A stretch of 62,695 nt of DNA, filler included, from Squatina squatina (taxonomy: Eukaryota): the NCBI GenBank assembly GCA_031763465.1. It is 4 parts of 4 records of this genome, joined end to end, with 100 filler letters (N's around TTAATTAATTAA, not from the genome) between each part and the next. Parts side by side here need not be neighbours in the genome. Positions count along the whole stretch, not along the records: positions 48,633 to 62,695 come from JARFOE010000115.1; 3 more parts are not named here. One strand, 5' to 3'. A program made the translations under genes and the position numbers. The notes under the pieces were generated by a model that was not told the origin of the DNA, searched no databases, and saw nothing but the letters and a program-made list of their open reading frames with translations. This document shows, piece by piece, positions 48,896 to 60,605 of this stretch. How positions within the stretch are numbered: the first letter of the stretch is position 1; each line of letters opens with the position of its first letter.

Positions 48896-51289
48896 AAAAA
48901 AAAACAATTTCCTTTTATCATCGAACAATTAAAGACACTCTCAAGATTATCCTTTATATATTTTACTTGACATTTAAGCGATGTACATAAAAAAAACACT
49001 TTAGTGGATATTTTGTCAACCATGGGAAGGAATGATGGATATAGCTATTCGAGTTTTAAGGTACTGTATTAGATCACATAAGAGATTGATGTAGCAAAGT
49101 CTTAAGGTTTTTTATATAATGGAGGATTTTGTTTTGTTTAGACAGACGTTTTTATTTTACTGGTCACACAATCACGATCTCGAAGTTTTGCTCCCACTTA
49201 AAAATTACACCACATGTCTATATATATATCCAGGTTACAAGAGTGAATAGGTTTGTAATCGCGTGCAAGACGAGCATTTTAAGTTTTGATAAAATATGCT
49301 AAAAAATTTTTTAAAAAAGAACACACGCTGTAGGAAGATGATTTACATGTAGCTGAATACTGTACAGAAAGCGGGCTTTCCTGTAGTAGAATGCGTGGAA
49401 CGTGTAATCGCAGCTATATTGGACTGAAACCAAGATCAGAGGGGGNNNNNNNNNNNNNNNNNNNNNNNNNNNNNNNNNNNNNNNNNNNNNNNNNNNNNNN
49501 NNNNNNNNNNNNNNNNNNNNNNNNNNNNNNNNNNNNNNNNNNNNNNNNNNNNNNNNNNNNNNNNNNNNNNNNNNNNNNNNNNNNNNNNNNNNNNNNNNNN
49601 NNNNNNNNNNNNNNNNNNNNNNNNNNNNNNNNNNNNNNNNNNNNNNNNNNNNNNNNNNNNNNNNNNNNNNNNNNNNNNNNNNNNNNNNNNNNNNNNNNNN
49701 NNNNNNNNNNNNNNNNNNNNNTAATTAACAGCGCAAATGTACTTATTGTGCAATGAATGGCAGCGCCTTTACTATCGCGATAGGCTTCACATTCATATCA
49801 CACCGTAGGTTTATGTTAAAGTTACCACTGCGTTTATGCAAAGGTTCAAGTTAATTATTGTTAGCCTAATTCTGAAGTTGCAATTTTAATACACCACAAA
49901 GAGATTGGAGAAAAAAATAAATCCGTAATAGGCCTTTAAGAAAATATTGCGGCTTACTTCAAATCAATGTCCAAAATGGGAGAATGAGCCACACAAATCC
50001 GTTTACTAGTTAAGGCAGCAAAATATATAACGTATTTAGTTCCATTCCCCTCCTGACTGTTATGCAGCTACAAAGCAGATTTAAGTTAAGCTCTATTCAA
50101 CAATACAGATGGCTCTTGTAGCCCCAAAATGTCTTTCACGTGATAGCTTTTTTTTATATCCCCAAATAACAGCGCAGCCATATAGAACTAGTTTTAACAG
50201 TGTTTCGTTTTTAAATTACAAAACGGAAAGAAAGCTACACTTAAAATTTTAATGTGTGCGTTCGGTATACAGAGTCATTCCGGAATTCAGTGTCTCTTCA
50301 GTTACGTATATTGCTGACACACGTTCACTCTGACTGCTGTATGACCAGACTGCGTTTGATGACATTTGGCTCGTCCTGAAATGCAAGCCTTCTTTAAGTT
50401 AACGTTATTCCCAAAGCCTCTTGCAGTAACTTAAGTGATATACGTGATCATATACGCGTGGGCCAAAACAAACTGCGATGTCTGGCTTCTCTTATTCTCC
50501 TTACGCTGGAAATAAATTGTACAGAGCAATGCGTGGTCGGTGATCAAGAACACTTAGCCAACTGCGTGTTATTGAAGGAAGGCGCTGTGTGCATCTTGCA
50601 AGCGGAGGGTTCTTAATTTAAGTTTAAAGTATTAGCGCCAATAGTGATTTCACTGCAGTAAAATCCAATGGCGAATGAAGCTCATTATACGTTTATATCT
50701 GCACTGGGCAAATAAAGCCTACAGCAAATGTGACTCGTGGGATAAAAAAAACTATAAAAGTTAGCATAAATAGCAGCAACCATTTGTTCTCAGACCCGTA
50801 CAATACATCATTTGAGGCTTGAGGTCTTTTGGACGATTCTTTTATTTCGGTGTCTGGTGGGCAATCGTAAATCTATCTATTTATTTACCTGTCCATCTGT
50901 CTGTCTATCTATCTATTATCTGTTGTGCGAGTTTGTTTTTTTGACATAACATAACCCCAGGAAGTCATTGCATACTATCTTTAAATTGTTAAAAATAGAT
51001 CTTCTCTGCTTTCGGTTATAAAGCATCGTTAAAGTANNNNNNNNNNNNNNNNNNNNNNNNNNNNNNNNNNNNNNNNNNNNNNNNNNNNNNNNNNNNNNNN
51101 NNNNNNNNNNNNNNNNNNNNNNNNNNNNNNNNNNNNCATAATTATTACAGTCTTTGTTGTACATCACCTGGTAGTATTTGATGTTAAGACCGGATACCTG
51201 AAATTGAATCATATTCCATTCACCAGGACTAATATTCTTCTCCTTAATGAGTACAAAATAATGAATAAAAGCACATTGAATTTAAAATT

Positions 51290-51600
51290 CTCATGGTTGT
51301 CTTCATGGCCTTGCGCTACCATATCTCCTTAACTTCCTTCAGCCTTACATCTCTTCCCATACCCTTTGACATTTTGACTCCAGCCCTCGATCCCCTCTGT
51401 TTGCCCTGCCACTGATGGGCGAACCTTCAGCCTCTCATCCTAGTATATGGAATTCCCATCCTAAACCCCTGCACCTCTTTGCTTCTGTCTCCACCTTTAA
51501 AAGCCTTCTCAAAACCTATTTTTGACCATTCTTTGGGTTACCTGTCTGGACTCTGGAACCATGGCTCTGTGTCAGTTCCCTTATCTCTTTGTTCTGTGTT
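51290..51600 (+). mobile_element. L2-like LINE 3' fragment
   Basis: CTTCATGGCCTTGCGCTACCATATCTC (LHGLALPYL)...CCTTCAGCC...TGGAATTCCCATCCTAAACCCCT...CCTTTAAAAGCCTTCTCAAAACCTA. Confidence 0.7.
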
Positions 51601-52255
51601 TCTCCCCCCTCGGTAAAGCAGGCCAGGAGTGCACAATAGGTGGAATGTTTTCGAAGATGAAACAGAAGTGGATTGACACTTTCTTGGAGCCGTCACTTAA
51701 AACGAAACTCCAAGCTTCAAACAACTCCTCCAATATTGTGTTTGCCAGACAAATCATATTATCAACAGAGGAAAACAAGTTTGGAGAGATTGTTATCCCA
51801 CGCCCTTGTCGCCGGAAGTAATATCATGATGTTGTTGCTTGCTAAAAAGTACATAAGGAAACAATAAATGTCTAGGTAGGAGGTTTTTTTTCCTGAAATT
51901 AGGAGACTTCATTAAAAACATGTGTTTCGCTCACGTTGAAACACAAAATGTGTTAATGTGTGTGTTTGGGGTGGGGTGCGCGGTAATGACTGTCCTGCAC
52001 TCCAATGATCGGAAAAATATGAGCGTGCAGAGCGCCACAGGTTTCAAGTAATTAGAAGGAGCAGGAAGCAGCTAGGGCTTCAATGTCTAGTGACAACAAG
52101 GCTGTTAAAAGTGCTTTTTTGTGAACAGTTGATGGTAGCAGGAGACGACCTACTGNNNNNNNNNNNNNNNNNNNNNNNNNNNNNNNNNNNNNNNNNNNNN
52201 NNNNNNNNNNNNNNNNNNNNNNNNNNNNNNNNNNNNNNNNNNNNNNNNNNNNNNN

Positions 52256-52672
52256 CACACTCATTCTGTCTCTCACATACACCCCTCATTCACACACACC
52301 TTCTCCCACACATACACACTCATTCTGTCTCTCACACATACACCCCTCATTCACACACACCCTCCCACACATACACACTCATTCTGTCTCTCACACACAT
52401 ACACATTCATTCTGTCTCTCACATACATACACCCCTCGTTCACAAACACACCCTCTCCCACACATACACACTAATTCTGTCTCTCACACATACACCCCTC
52501 ATTCACACACACCCTCTCCCACACATACACACTCATTCTGTCTCTCACACATACACCCCTCATTCACACACACCCTCTCCCACACATATACACTCATTCT
52601 GTCTCTCACACAAACACCCCTCATTCACGCACACCCTCCCACACATACACACTCATTCTGTCTCTCACACAC
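52256..52672 (+). repeat. CA-rich minisatellite, about 60-bp unit, about 7 copies
   Basis: Unit approximately CACACTCATTCTGTCTCTCACACATACACCCCTCATTCACACACACCCTCTCCCACACATA, repeated head to tail with small indels. Confidence 0.92.
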
Positions 52673-53273
52673 GTGCATGCATTTTCTTCTTTCATTTCTG
52701 ACACACACAGCCTTAAGGCAAAATCATATTTTTGAATCCAGACAATGATTTCATTGCGGAGGTATGACAGCATTTGGACAGAATGAGAGACTTGTTCTTT
52801 TAATAAAGAAAACGGAGGCTCGTCCAAAATAACGGGCGAAGAATCCACTGTTGAAACTCGCCATGAGCATAAAGAGTACCACATGAACCGTATCTTTCAG
52901 GTTTTTTATGCGTTCACCAGATTAACAAACCAGATGTAAAAGCTTTATTCTGTAGCATCACAGTCCAAATATTCAAAGTGCAAACACAGATCTGTTGCTC
53001 TGCATTTGCTCTAATGGAATAGGTGGCCTTAACCCCCAGCAGATTCATAGACCCATTTTCTCCTGTGGCTTTGCTCAGTTCCTTGTAGCGCTTGTTTTTT
53101 CTGGTTAAGAGAGCAGCTAAGAGCAGAACTACATGTCTACATAATGGAAGCAAAGTCAGGCAGGCTCCATTATGGTCGTTCAAACATCCCTACCCTCTGC
53201 TTAGTCAATGCTTAATGGCCAGAGAGCAAAACAGGAAAATCTAACACAATGTTTTCCTTTTTTTTGAGGGTTA

Positions 53274-53402
53274 GGGGGAAATTTTAACCTAACCCTGCCT
53301 GATTTTACTCTCCACTGAAGTCAATGGAGAATAATATTGAGCAGGTTGTAAAAGCAGCATTTCACCTGATCCCGTGGCTTAACCCCTTAGAATCTCTCCC
53401 CC
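53274..53402. mobile_element. Short MITE of the palindromic-core type
   Basis: Starts GGGGGAAATTTTAA and ends TAGAATCTCTCCCC, with core CTCCACTGAAGTCAATGGAG. Confidence 0.55.
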
Positions 53403-53465
53403 TTGCCATATTACCCCTCTTACTGTTTTAGATGCTGCTTTTATGTTCGACACTGACACAGCAGT

Positions 53466-53577
53466 ATCAGCTGTGGCTCAGTTGGTAGTGTGTTCGCTTC
53501 TGAGTCAGAAGGTTGTGGATGCAGGTTCATGTCCCACTCCAGGGACTTGAGAACAAAAATCTAGGCTGACACTCCAA
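53466..53577 (+). mobile_element. SacSINE1-like SINE head
   Basis: TCAGCTGTGGCTCAGTTGGTAG...TCTGAGTCAGAAGGTTGTGG...GTCCCACTCCAGGGACTTGAG...AATCTAGGCTGACACTCCA. Confidence 0.85.
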
Positions 53578-55337
53578 NNNNNNNNNNNNNNNNNNNNNNN
53601 NNNNNNNNNNNNNNNNNNNNNNNNNNNNNNNNNNNNNNNNNNNNNNNNNNNNNNNNNNNNNNNNNNNNNNNNNNNNNAGCCCCGTGCCGGCTGGCAGTGG
53701 CAGCGTGTCCCTTTTTATTCAAAGTGTATTCTAAACTCGCATACACGCCTGTGTTCTCCTCGGACCACGTAAAACCTTAAATCACCAATGCTTGGTTTCT
53801 GGGGAAAGTGACGATTAAAAAATATAATCTGCAAAGGCAGCCGCTGTGAACTTGGGACCAAAGTGTGCATTTAAGTGAACAAAGCGATATTCTAATATCT
53901 GGAATCATTTTGGGCTTGTCTGTTTACACTGAGGTGGCTGACTGGCATTTTATGAAACCTTTTGTCTGGAATTTGCACTTTCGAGTGGCCGCAGTCAACA
54001 CTTATTGAAGACCTCCTTTTTCCCAGAAAGATCAGGTCACCTCTTTAGTCACGCTCCTTCTGTAACACTACTTTCAGCCAAGAACAAAGGATTCTGCCTG
54101 TTCCCTCAGAGGGGTAAGGGTGGGTGTGGGTTTGGAAGAACATGATCCACACCTAATAGAGGGGAAAGAACATAATCTGTCTTCCCATCTGAATCACGCT
54201 CTCTATCTCACTCACCACCAGCCCCCAACCCCCTTTAGATCTGGATCACATTCTTCCCCCACTCCCTCTCCATCTCTCCATCCTCCCCGCCACTTGTTCC
54301 TGACTCCCTTTCCCCCCCACCCACACATGAGTTCCTGAACTTCTCCCCCCACCTCCCAAGGTGATGACCTNNNNNNNNNNNNNNNNNNNNNNNNNNNNNN
54401 NNNNNNNNNNNNNNNNNNNNNNNNNNNNNNNNNNNNNNNNNNNNNNNNNNNNNNNNNNNNNNNNNNNNNNAAATGCTGTCTGATCTCCAGGAATTCAGTT
54501 GGTTCACTGGCAAATATCCATTACAGACCAACTCGTGTAACTCTAACCCTCCGCATTGTACACTCGCCTGAAAATGGACAAAAGAGCAGCAGCTTCTGGG
54601 GTTGCTGTGCCCGTGGGAAAAGGTGTCACGAACGAGGAAGGACGGTGCAATCGGCTCCTCGCTCAACAATCGATCCGATTGTTTGTGCCGCAGATCTAGC
54701 TCTGTCATCGACACGTTCAACTTCAAATTAAAATCAGACCATGCTCGAGATGCACTCATTCTGCAACTTGGAATCAATCCGTCCTTAGCTGGGAAACAAA
54801 AGTGATTTAACGCAGTGAGCCGCCCGAGCCACTGCAGCGAAAGGCGGCCTTGAATCTGTTGGGTAGTTAACACCCTGAAGGCCAGTACTGAAAGTAAAAT
54901 TACACTCTGAAAGCTGTTAGGCATTCAAGTGCAAAATACATATACTTTTTTTTTTAGATCTGTGCACTTTCCTATTTCTTTACTGAAAACTGGAAATTTG
55001 CAGAAAATCATTCTCGCAGATGAATGCGAAAACATGTGCGCGTGCGTTAAAAGCGGGGAGCAGTTAGGACTCCGAGGACAAGCAGTGTAAAGGGGTGAAT
55101 GGGACATGTTCGTGAACCTCCAACCAATTCGCCCGAGCTGGGAAACTGAAGGGAATGAAGCTGAAGTGTGTGACTGCAGCGGAGGAATCATTTAACCCGC
55201 GTCTTCTCCGCGAGCTGTAGTAACCTTTCATTTGTAGNNNNNNNNNNNNNNNNNNNNNNNNNNNNNNNNNNNNNNNNNNNNNNNNNNNNNNNNNNNNNNN
55301 NNNNNNNNNNNNNNNNNNNNNNNNNNNNNNNNNNNNN

Positions 55338-55400
55338 AAGCACTTTGGGACGTTTTACTGCATTAAAGGTGCTATATAAATACAAGTTGTTGTTGTTATT
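55338..55400 (+). mobile_element. L2/SINE shared 3' tail
   Basis: AAGCACTTTGGGACGTTTTACTGCATTAAAGGTGCTATATAAATACAAG(TTG)n. An antisense copy lies at about 38148-38204. Confidence 0.75.
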
Positions 55401-56689
55401 GTTTTTGTCTTTCTCACAGAAATAAGTAAACTTTACATTATGTGTGAGCACAAGTAGAGTTTAATAAAGCTTTCAAGTAATCTTTCAATTTAATCAAATA
55501 ATCTAGAAAATCAGATTTTAAACAAAATATCACATCAGCCAAACCTCAGTGCTTCACTGTAAGATTTTTTTTTGAAACACAGTATGCTGAAGAGGTTACA
55601 AGTAAAGTTCATTCATCCCCAGAGATTCAATCCTGACTGTAATTTTTTTACATGTCATTGGTTTTGACAGTAATACTATTTTTGCCTTGGGCGATGTCAA
55701 AGTATTTGCTGATATCAGTTGCTCTCATATTTCACAAGTCAATATGCAACCTTTCTCACATTAACGGAACTAAAGAGTGACCTCCATTTGACACTTTGGC
55801 CTCATCTTGCAAGTTTTCCTTTCCATCCTCCCTTCATCACACACCATTCTGTGAGTGAGGGGATCGACAGGTGACATGCACCCAGCCCTCTGCCAATCAT
55901 GTGCTCACATCAGTCAATAGGAGTTCACAAGAGCAACATGGCTTGGTTTACCCTCTCATTTTCCTTCTATCTCACCAGAGACGCTGCTCATATCTGCTTT
56001 CGTTGGATGCCCTGTCTGGCTGAGCTTGAGATCTCTTCAGGAAGGTAACACGGAAAAAAGGCCCCAGTGCTGCTGTTCTGCAGTGTGGCAGACAAGCATT
56101 CTAATATGCTGCATGGCTAGGCTGCTTATTCATCATATTTTCTTCACAAAATGGAGGGTTGCTAACTAAACAAGCAAGGTCTTGGAAAGCTCAGCGATGC
56201 AGTAATTTGATTTCTATAAATAGGTATGTCTATGATTAATATTATAAACTACAGAAGGGTTGCCAGCCACAACACAAAAACATTCAATTAGGAGATCTGC
56301 TTTCAGGATTTGCCAAATGTCTATGCTTTCCTTTTGGGTTCATGGTGTGGTGTGATGTGGTGGGGTGGGGGGTGGCTCTGAGGGGAGGATGCAGGAACCA
56401 TAGAATCNNNNNNNNNNNNNNNNNNNNNNNNNNNNNNNNNNNNNNNNNNNNNNNNNNNNNNNNNNNNNNNNNNNNNNNNNNNNNNNNNNNNNNNNNNNNN
56501 NNNNNNNATCCCCAATTGGTGAATGGAGAATGATTCTCTGTGATCTCAGTGTGGAAAATTCATCGAGAATTCACACAGAAACCCCAGTGCAGGGACAGTC
56601 TGCCGTGGTTCAGTCCTCGATGTGATTAAGAACAGAATCCAAACCCCTGCAGTCACATGTGAACTCACAGGTTGAGTGAATTTTTCATG

Positions 56690-57895
56690 GAATCATGGAA
56701 ATCTCCAGCACAGAAAGAGGCCAGTCGGCCCATCGTATCAGTGTCGACCGACAAAGAACTCCCCAGCTTACTTCCACTCTTAGTCTGTAGCCTTGTAAGT
56801 TATGGCACTTCAAGTTCACATCCAAGTACTTTTTTAAATGCTGAGCGTTTCTGCCAATACCACCTTTCAGACGGTAAGCTCCAGACCCCCCAACATCTGG
56901 GTGAAAGAAGTTCTCCTCAAGCCCCCTCTGAACAACCTACCAGTTACTTTAAATCTATGTCTCCTGGTTATTAACCCCTCAGCTAAGAGGAATATGCCCT
57001 TCCTCTCCACTCTATCCATGTCCCTCATAATTTTTTACACCTAAATTAGGTCTTCCCTCAGTCTCCTTTGTTCAAAAGAAAACAACCCCAACCTATGCAA
57101 TCTTTCCTCAAAACTAAAATTCTCCAGTCCAGGCAACATCCTCGTAAATTTCTGCTGTTCCCTCTCTTCTGCAATTACATCCTTCCCGTAAGGTAATGAC
57201 CAGAACAGCATGCAGTAATCTAGCTGTGGCCTAACTAGCATTTCAAGCATTCTCTTCCTGCACTTATATTCGCCTCAGCTAATAAAAACATTTTATTGCA
57301 AATAATACGATCTTATCCATCTTATCTACCTGTTCTGCTACCTTCAGGAATCGGTGGACATGCACTCCAAGGTCCCTCTGATCCTCCACACCTCAGTGTC
57401 CAACCATTTATCGTGTATTCCCCTTGCCTTGTTAGCTCTCCCCAAATGCATTACCTGACACTTCCATTTGTCACTGTTCTGTGCACCTGACACCCATCAA
57501 TCATCACTCTTCGCTTCCTGCCTCTGACCTAATTTTGGATCCAACTTACCAGTTTGCCTTGGATCCCATGTGCTTTTACTTTCCTGACAAGTCTGTCAAA
57601 CGGGACCTGAATAAAAACCTTGCTAAAATACATCAAATGTACTACCCTCATCGACCCTACTTGTTGCCTCCTCAAAAAATTCAATCACACAGTCAGATAT
57701 GACAATCCCTTAACAAAGCTATGCGAAATGTTCCTGATTAATACGTGTCCTTCTAAATGAAGATTTAACCTGTCCGTCAGAAATGTTTCCCATAATCTTC
57801 CCACCACCAAGGTTAGGCTGACTGGCCGGTAATTACTTAGTCTATCCCTTCCTTGCTTTTTAAAATAACGGTCCCACGTTAGCAGTCCTCCAGCA
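56690..57895 (-). mobile_element. CR1-like LINE, about 1.2 kb decayed fragment with internal deletions
   Basis: Minus strand encodes LVRPQLDYCMLFWSLPYGKDV...FTRMLPGLENFSFEERLHRLGLFSFEQRRLREDLI. NYRPVSLTLVVGKIMGN lies near 57790-57835 and the 3' tail near 56700-56740. Confidence 0.9.
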
Positions 57896-59439
57896 CCACA
57901 TTGGAAAATGATGGTCAGGAAATGCGATCTAACAACATTGTCCGTTTCATAGTGTTCAAGACCACCACTGATGGGTGAATCAATGATATCTCTAGAAACA
58001 TGAGAGAGTTGGGCTGTCTACAAAAAGATGGCAATGGTAATGCAGAAGTCATTTCCAAAAGATGCAAAACTATACTAATTATTGATGAGTGATATTACGC
58101 ATGAACTTAGTGCTTTTTAGAGGATTTTGTGCCTACAATTGAACAGGGTGAGCTTGCCGCAAAAATGCAGACAGAAGGGGGACCAAAATAACCTGTGATG
58201 GTAGTCTCCTGGTCTGCTTCGGTCTTCTTGCCATACATTCTTAAATCTCTGCCAACTGAACTTAATTTGATGTAAAAATTTGCATGCAAACTGAAGAACT
58301 ACAGGTCCCATGATCCAGTGCTACTTTTACAGTCATCTGTGCACACCGAATGTTCCACCTGTGCAGGTTAAATGTAAGACGGTGAGTAATGGTGGAACTT
58401 GTGACCTTTGTCACTGTTCATGGGGATCAGATTTCATTAGCTCTACTAATATCCTTGACAGCTGGACAGTATTTTCATTTTATCTAACAGGCAGACAAGA
58501 TTATCTGGCAGTTAGCCGCTGTGATGATGCCCTGAGAGTTACAGAGGTGATTGAGAGTATGTTTTGGGCCCAAAGCCAAAAAGACTGAGGTTGTTATTGC
58601 ACATTCAAGGTTACTTTTCTAATCCTCTGCTGAGATTTTAAGAATTGTGGCCAGACAAATTCAGTCAATATTTCATTATGCCTTACCCTTTGGCTACAAT
58701 CACTAATCAGTATTCCAATTGTACTGCGTCAGTTCAGTAAGTACTTCAGAAGCAGTCTTCATTTTTGACACACAAGCTCAGAGGTCATTCATTCTGACAG
58801 CACTCAACAAAGGGATAATTTTCAGGTCGTCAGACTCCATATCATTCTACTCCCGAAACATTTACCTCAGGAATACGTCAGTGAATTGGCAATAAAGGGT
58901 GAAAAACATTTATGTTGTGTCATTACAGCTAAAATAATGAAGCTTATTGGGAAACTGCATAACAATGTCAATTAATCACTCTTAGTGCCTATTTTACGTG
59001 TGCCTTTGCCTATCCTAGTATGTCAGGTTTATTCATTTCCCAAATATTCAATGTACTTTTAAAGTTTATAATGGTGTTTAAAAGATAAAGTGAATTCTGT
59101 ATTTTAAAGTAATATCTGATTGTCAGCCAATTCTTGGAAGTCACATGATTGAAAACAAAGGTGTGCTTGAGAAGAGAAATGAAAGTTNNNNNNNNNNNNN
59201 NNNNNNNNNNNNNNNNNNNNNNNNNNNNNNNNNNNNNNNNNNNNNNNNNNNNNNNNNNNNNNNNNNNNNNNNNNNNNNNNNNNNNNNCTCTCTTTAGGTA
59301 GCTCACCAACTAGGAAATGGGAAACTTGGCTCTTAAGGGCCTGCAGCAGCTTAAACTGGTTGTGCATTTTTGTGACTAAAGCAGGGAAGCAAAATCATGG
59401 AGCTACAGGAAGGTGACTGGGGACAAGGAGAGTTCCAGT

Positions 59440-59630
59440 GGAACCCCAACATTTTCGGATACAGCTGTGGAAATGCCGATGGAGCAAGTTCAGAGTCAGA
59501 TGGTCAATAAGTGCCAAGGCAAATTGGCAAACTGGAATGGCAAGAGGAGACACAACTTGTGAATGGGATCCAGCATTATCCCCAGGACCTGGCTGCAGTG
59601 CACAAAGAAATTTAATGATCGCATCAAACA
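59440..59630 (+). mobile_element. Harbinger accessory-gene (Myb/SANT-like DNA-binding) remnant
   Basis: One frame reads PTFSDTAVEMPMEQVQ...NL*MGSSIIPRTWLQCTKKFNDRIK, matching the PRFSDxxLExL...PRTWxQCxKKFNDL motif of Harbinger Myb-like ORFs. Confidence 0.75.
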
Positions 59631-60517
59631 AGCAGGGGCACAGAGGCACAATCCATTTACTTGCATACAAACAAATATAAATGACTTGCTTAAAATAAGC
59701 AAAACTGCACGACTGCTGATGCAATTGATTTGGGTACTCAGAAAATGTTCATTCACACAGATTTTTATATGAGCAACTTGCATACAAATAGGCTTGATTG
59801 TACAACCAAATATCTATGTACCCTCTGTACTACAGCATGGGGTTATAATTGTATTGTCTGACTAATGCACTTCCTTTGTCAAAACTTTAATTATCACAGC
59901 ATTTACATCAATGGTTAAATTAATTAATGTCATTCAAATTTGTAAAACAAATGAGCTTGTCAAAAAATAGTAAAAATAAATTAGCTTTTTCCATTATACA
60001 AAGAACAGCTGGATATCTCTTCCAGTCAACTGCCCTAAAGATGTGTTCTAAGTGAAGCACTTAGTAAGGTACACCATCCATGTATATGTAATCTGCAATC
60101 AAATAGCATGCAATATAATGCAAGACTTCAAAGTCTGCTCTCTGGTAAGCCAGATTCATGAATATGAGGTAATGTTCATTTTGTAGCCAATCCATTTCTC
60201 ATCTCTTTCCTATATCCTTTCTCTCTCTGTTAAAACCTTTCTTCTTCTTCTCTAATTTAGCACAACCACAATAATCATCATTCCTCTGAATTGTCTTCCC
60301 TCCTAATTTTCCTCCTAACCTCCAATATTCCATCTTGAATGTTCTTCCTCCCAAGTGCATTTTTACTGTCAAAATCTTTGCACTGTCTCCTGCTCCAATT
60401 CAGTCTTTCTCAGAAACATAATTTTTTACAACTTCTTATCTCTCTCAATTGCCCTTTCCTCCTACAACTTATCGTTTTTAAACCCCAAGCTTGGTGTTAC
60501 CAAACCACGAATGAGGT

Positions 60518-60605
60518 GTTAGCTGTGGCTCGGTGGCAGCACTCTCGCTTGAGTCTTCAAGTCCCACTCCACAGACTTGAGCACAAAATCTAGACCGACA
60601 CTCCA
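60518..60605 (+). mobile_element. SacSINE1-like SINE head with an internal deletion
   Basis: GTTAGCTGTGGCTCGGTGGCAGCACTCTCGC...TTCAAGTCCCACTCCACAGACTTGAGCACAAAATCTAGACCGACACTCCA. Confidence 0.8.

Noticed and set aside
52090-52701. 203-aa His/Thr-rich ORF and CRISPR-like periodicity
   Set aside because: It is a translation of a CA-rich minisatellite plus N gap. The units are head-to-tail with no unique spacers, and the DNA is eukaryotic.
54235-54924. 229-aa minus-strand ORF
   Set aside because: It spans a gap, resembles no known protein, and lies in a CpG-rich region better explained as non-coding.
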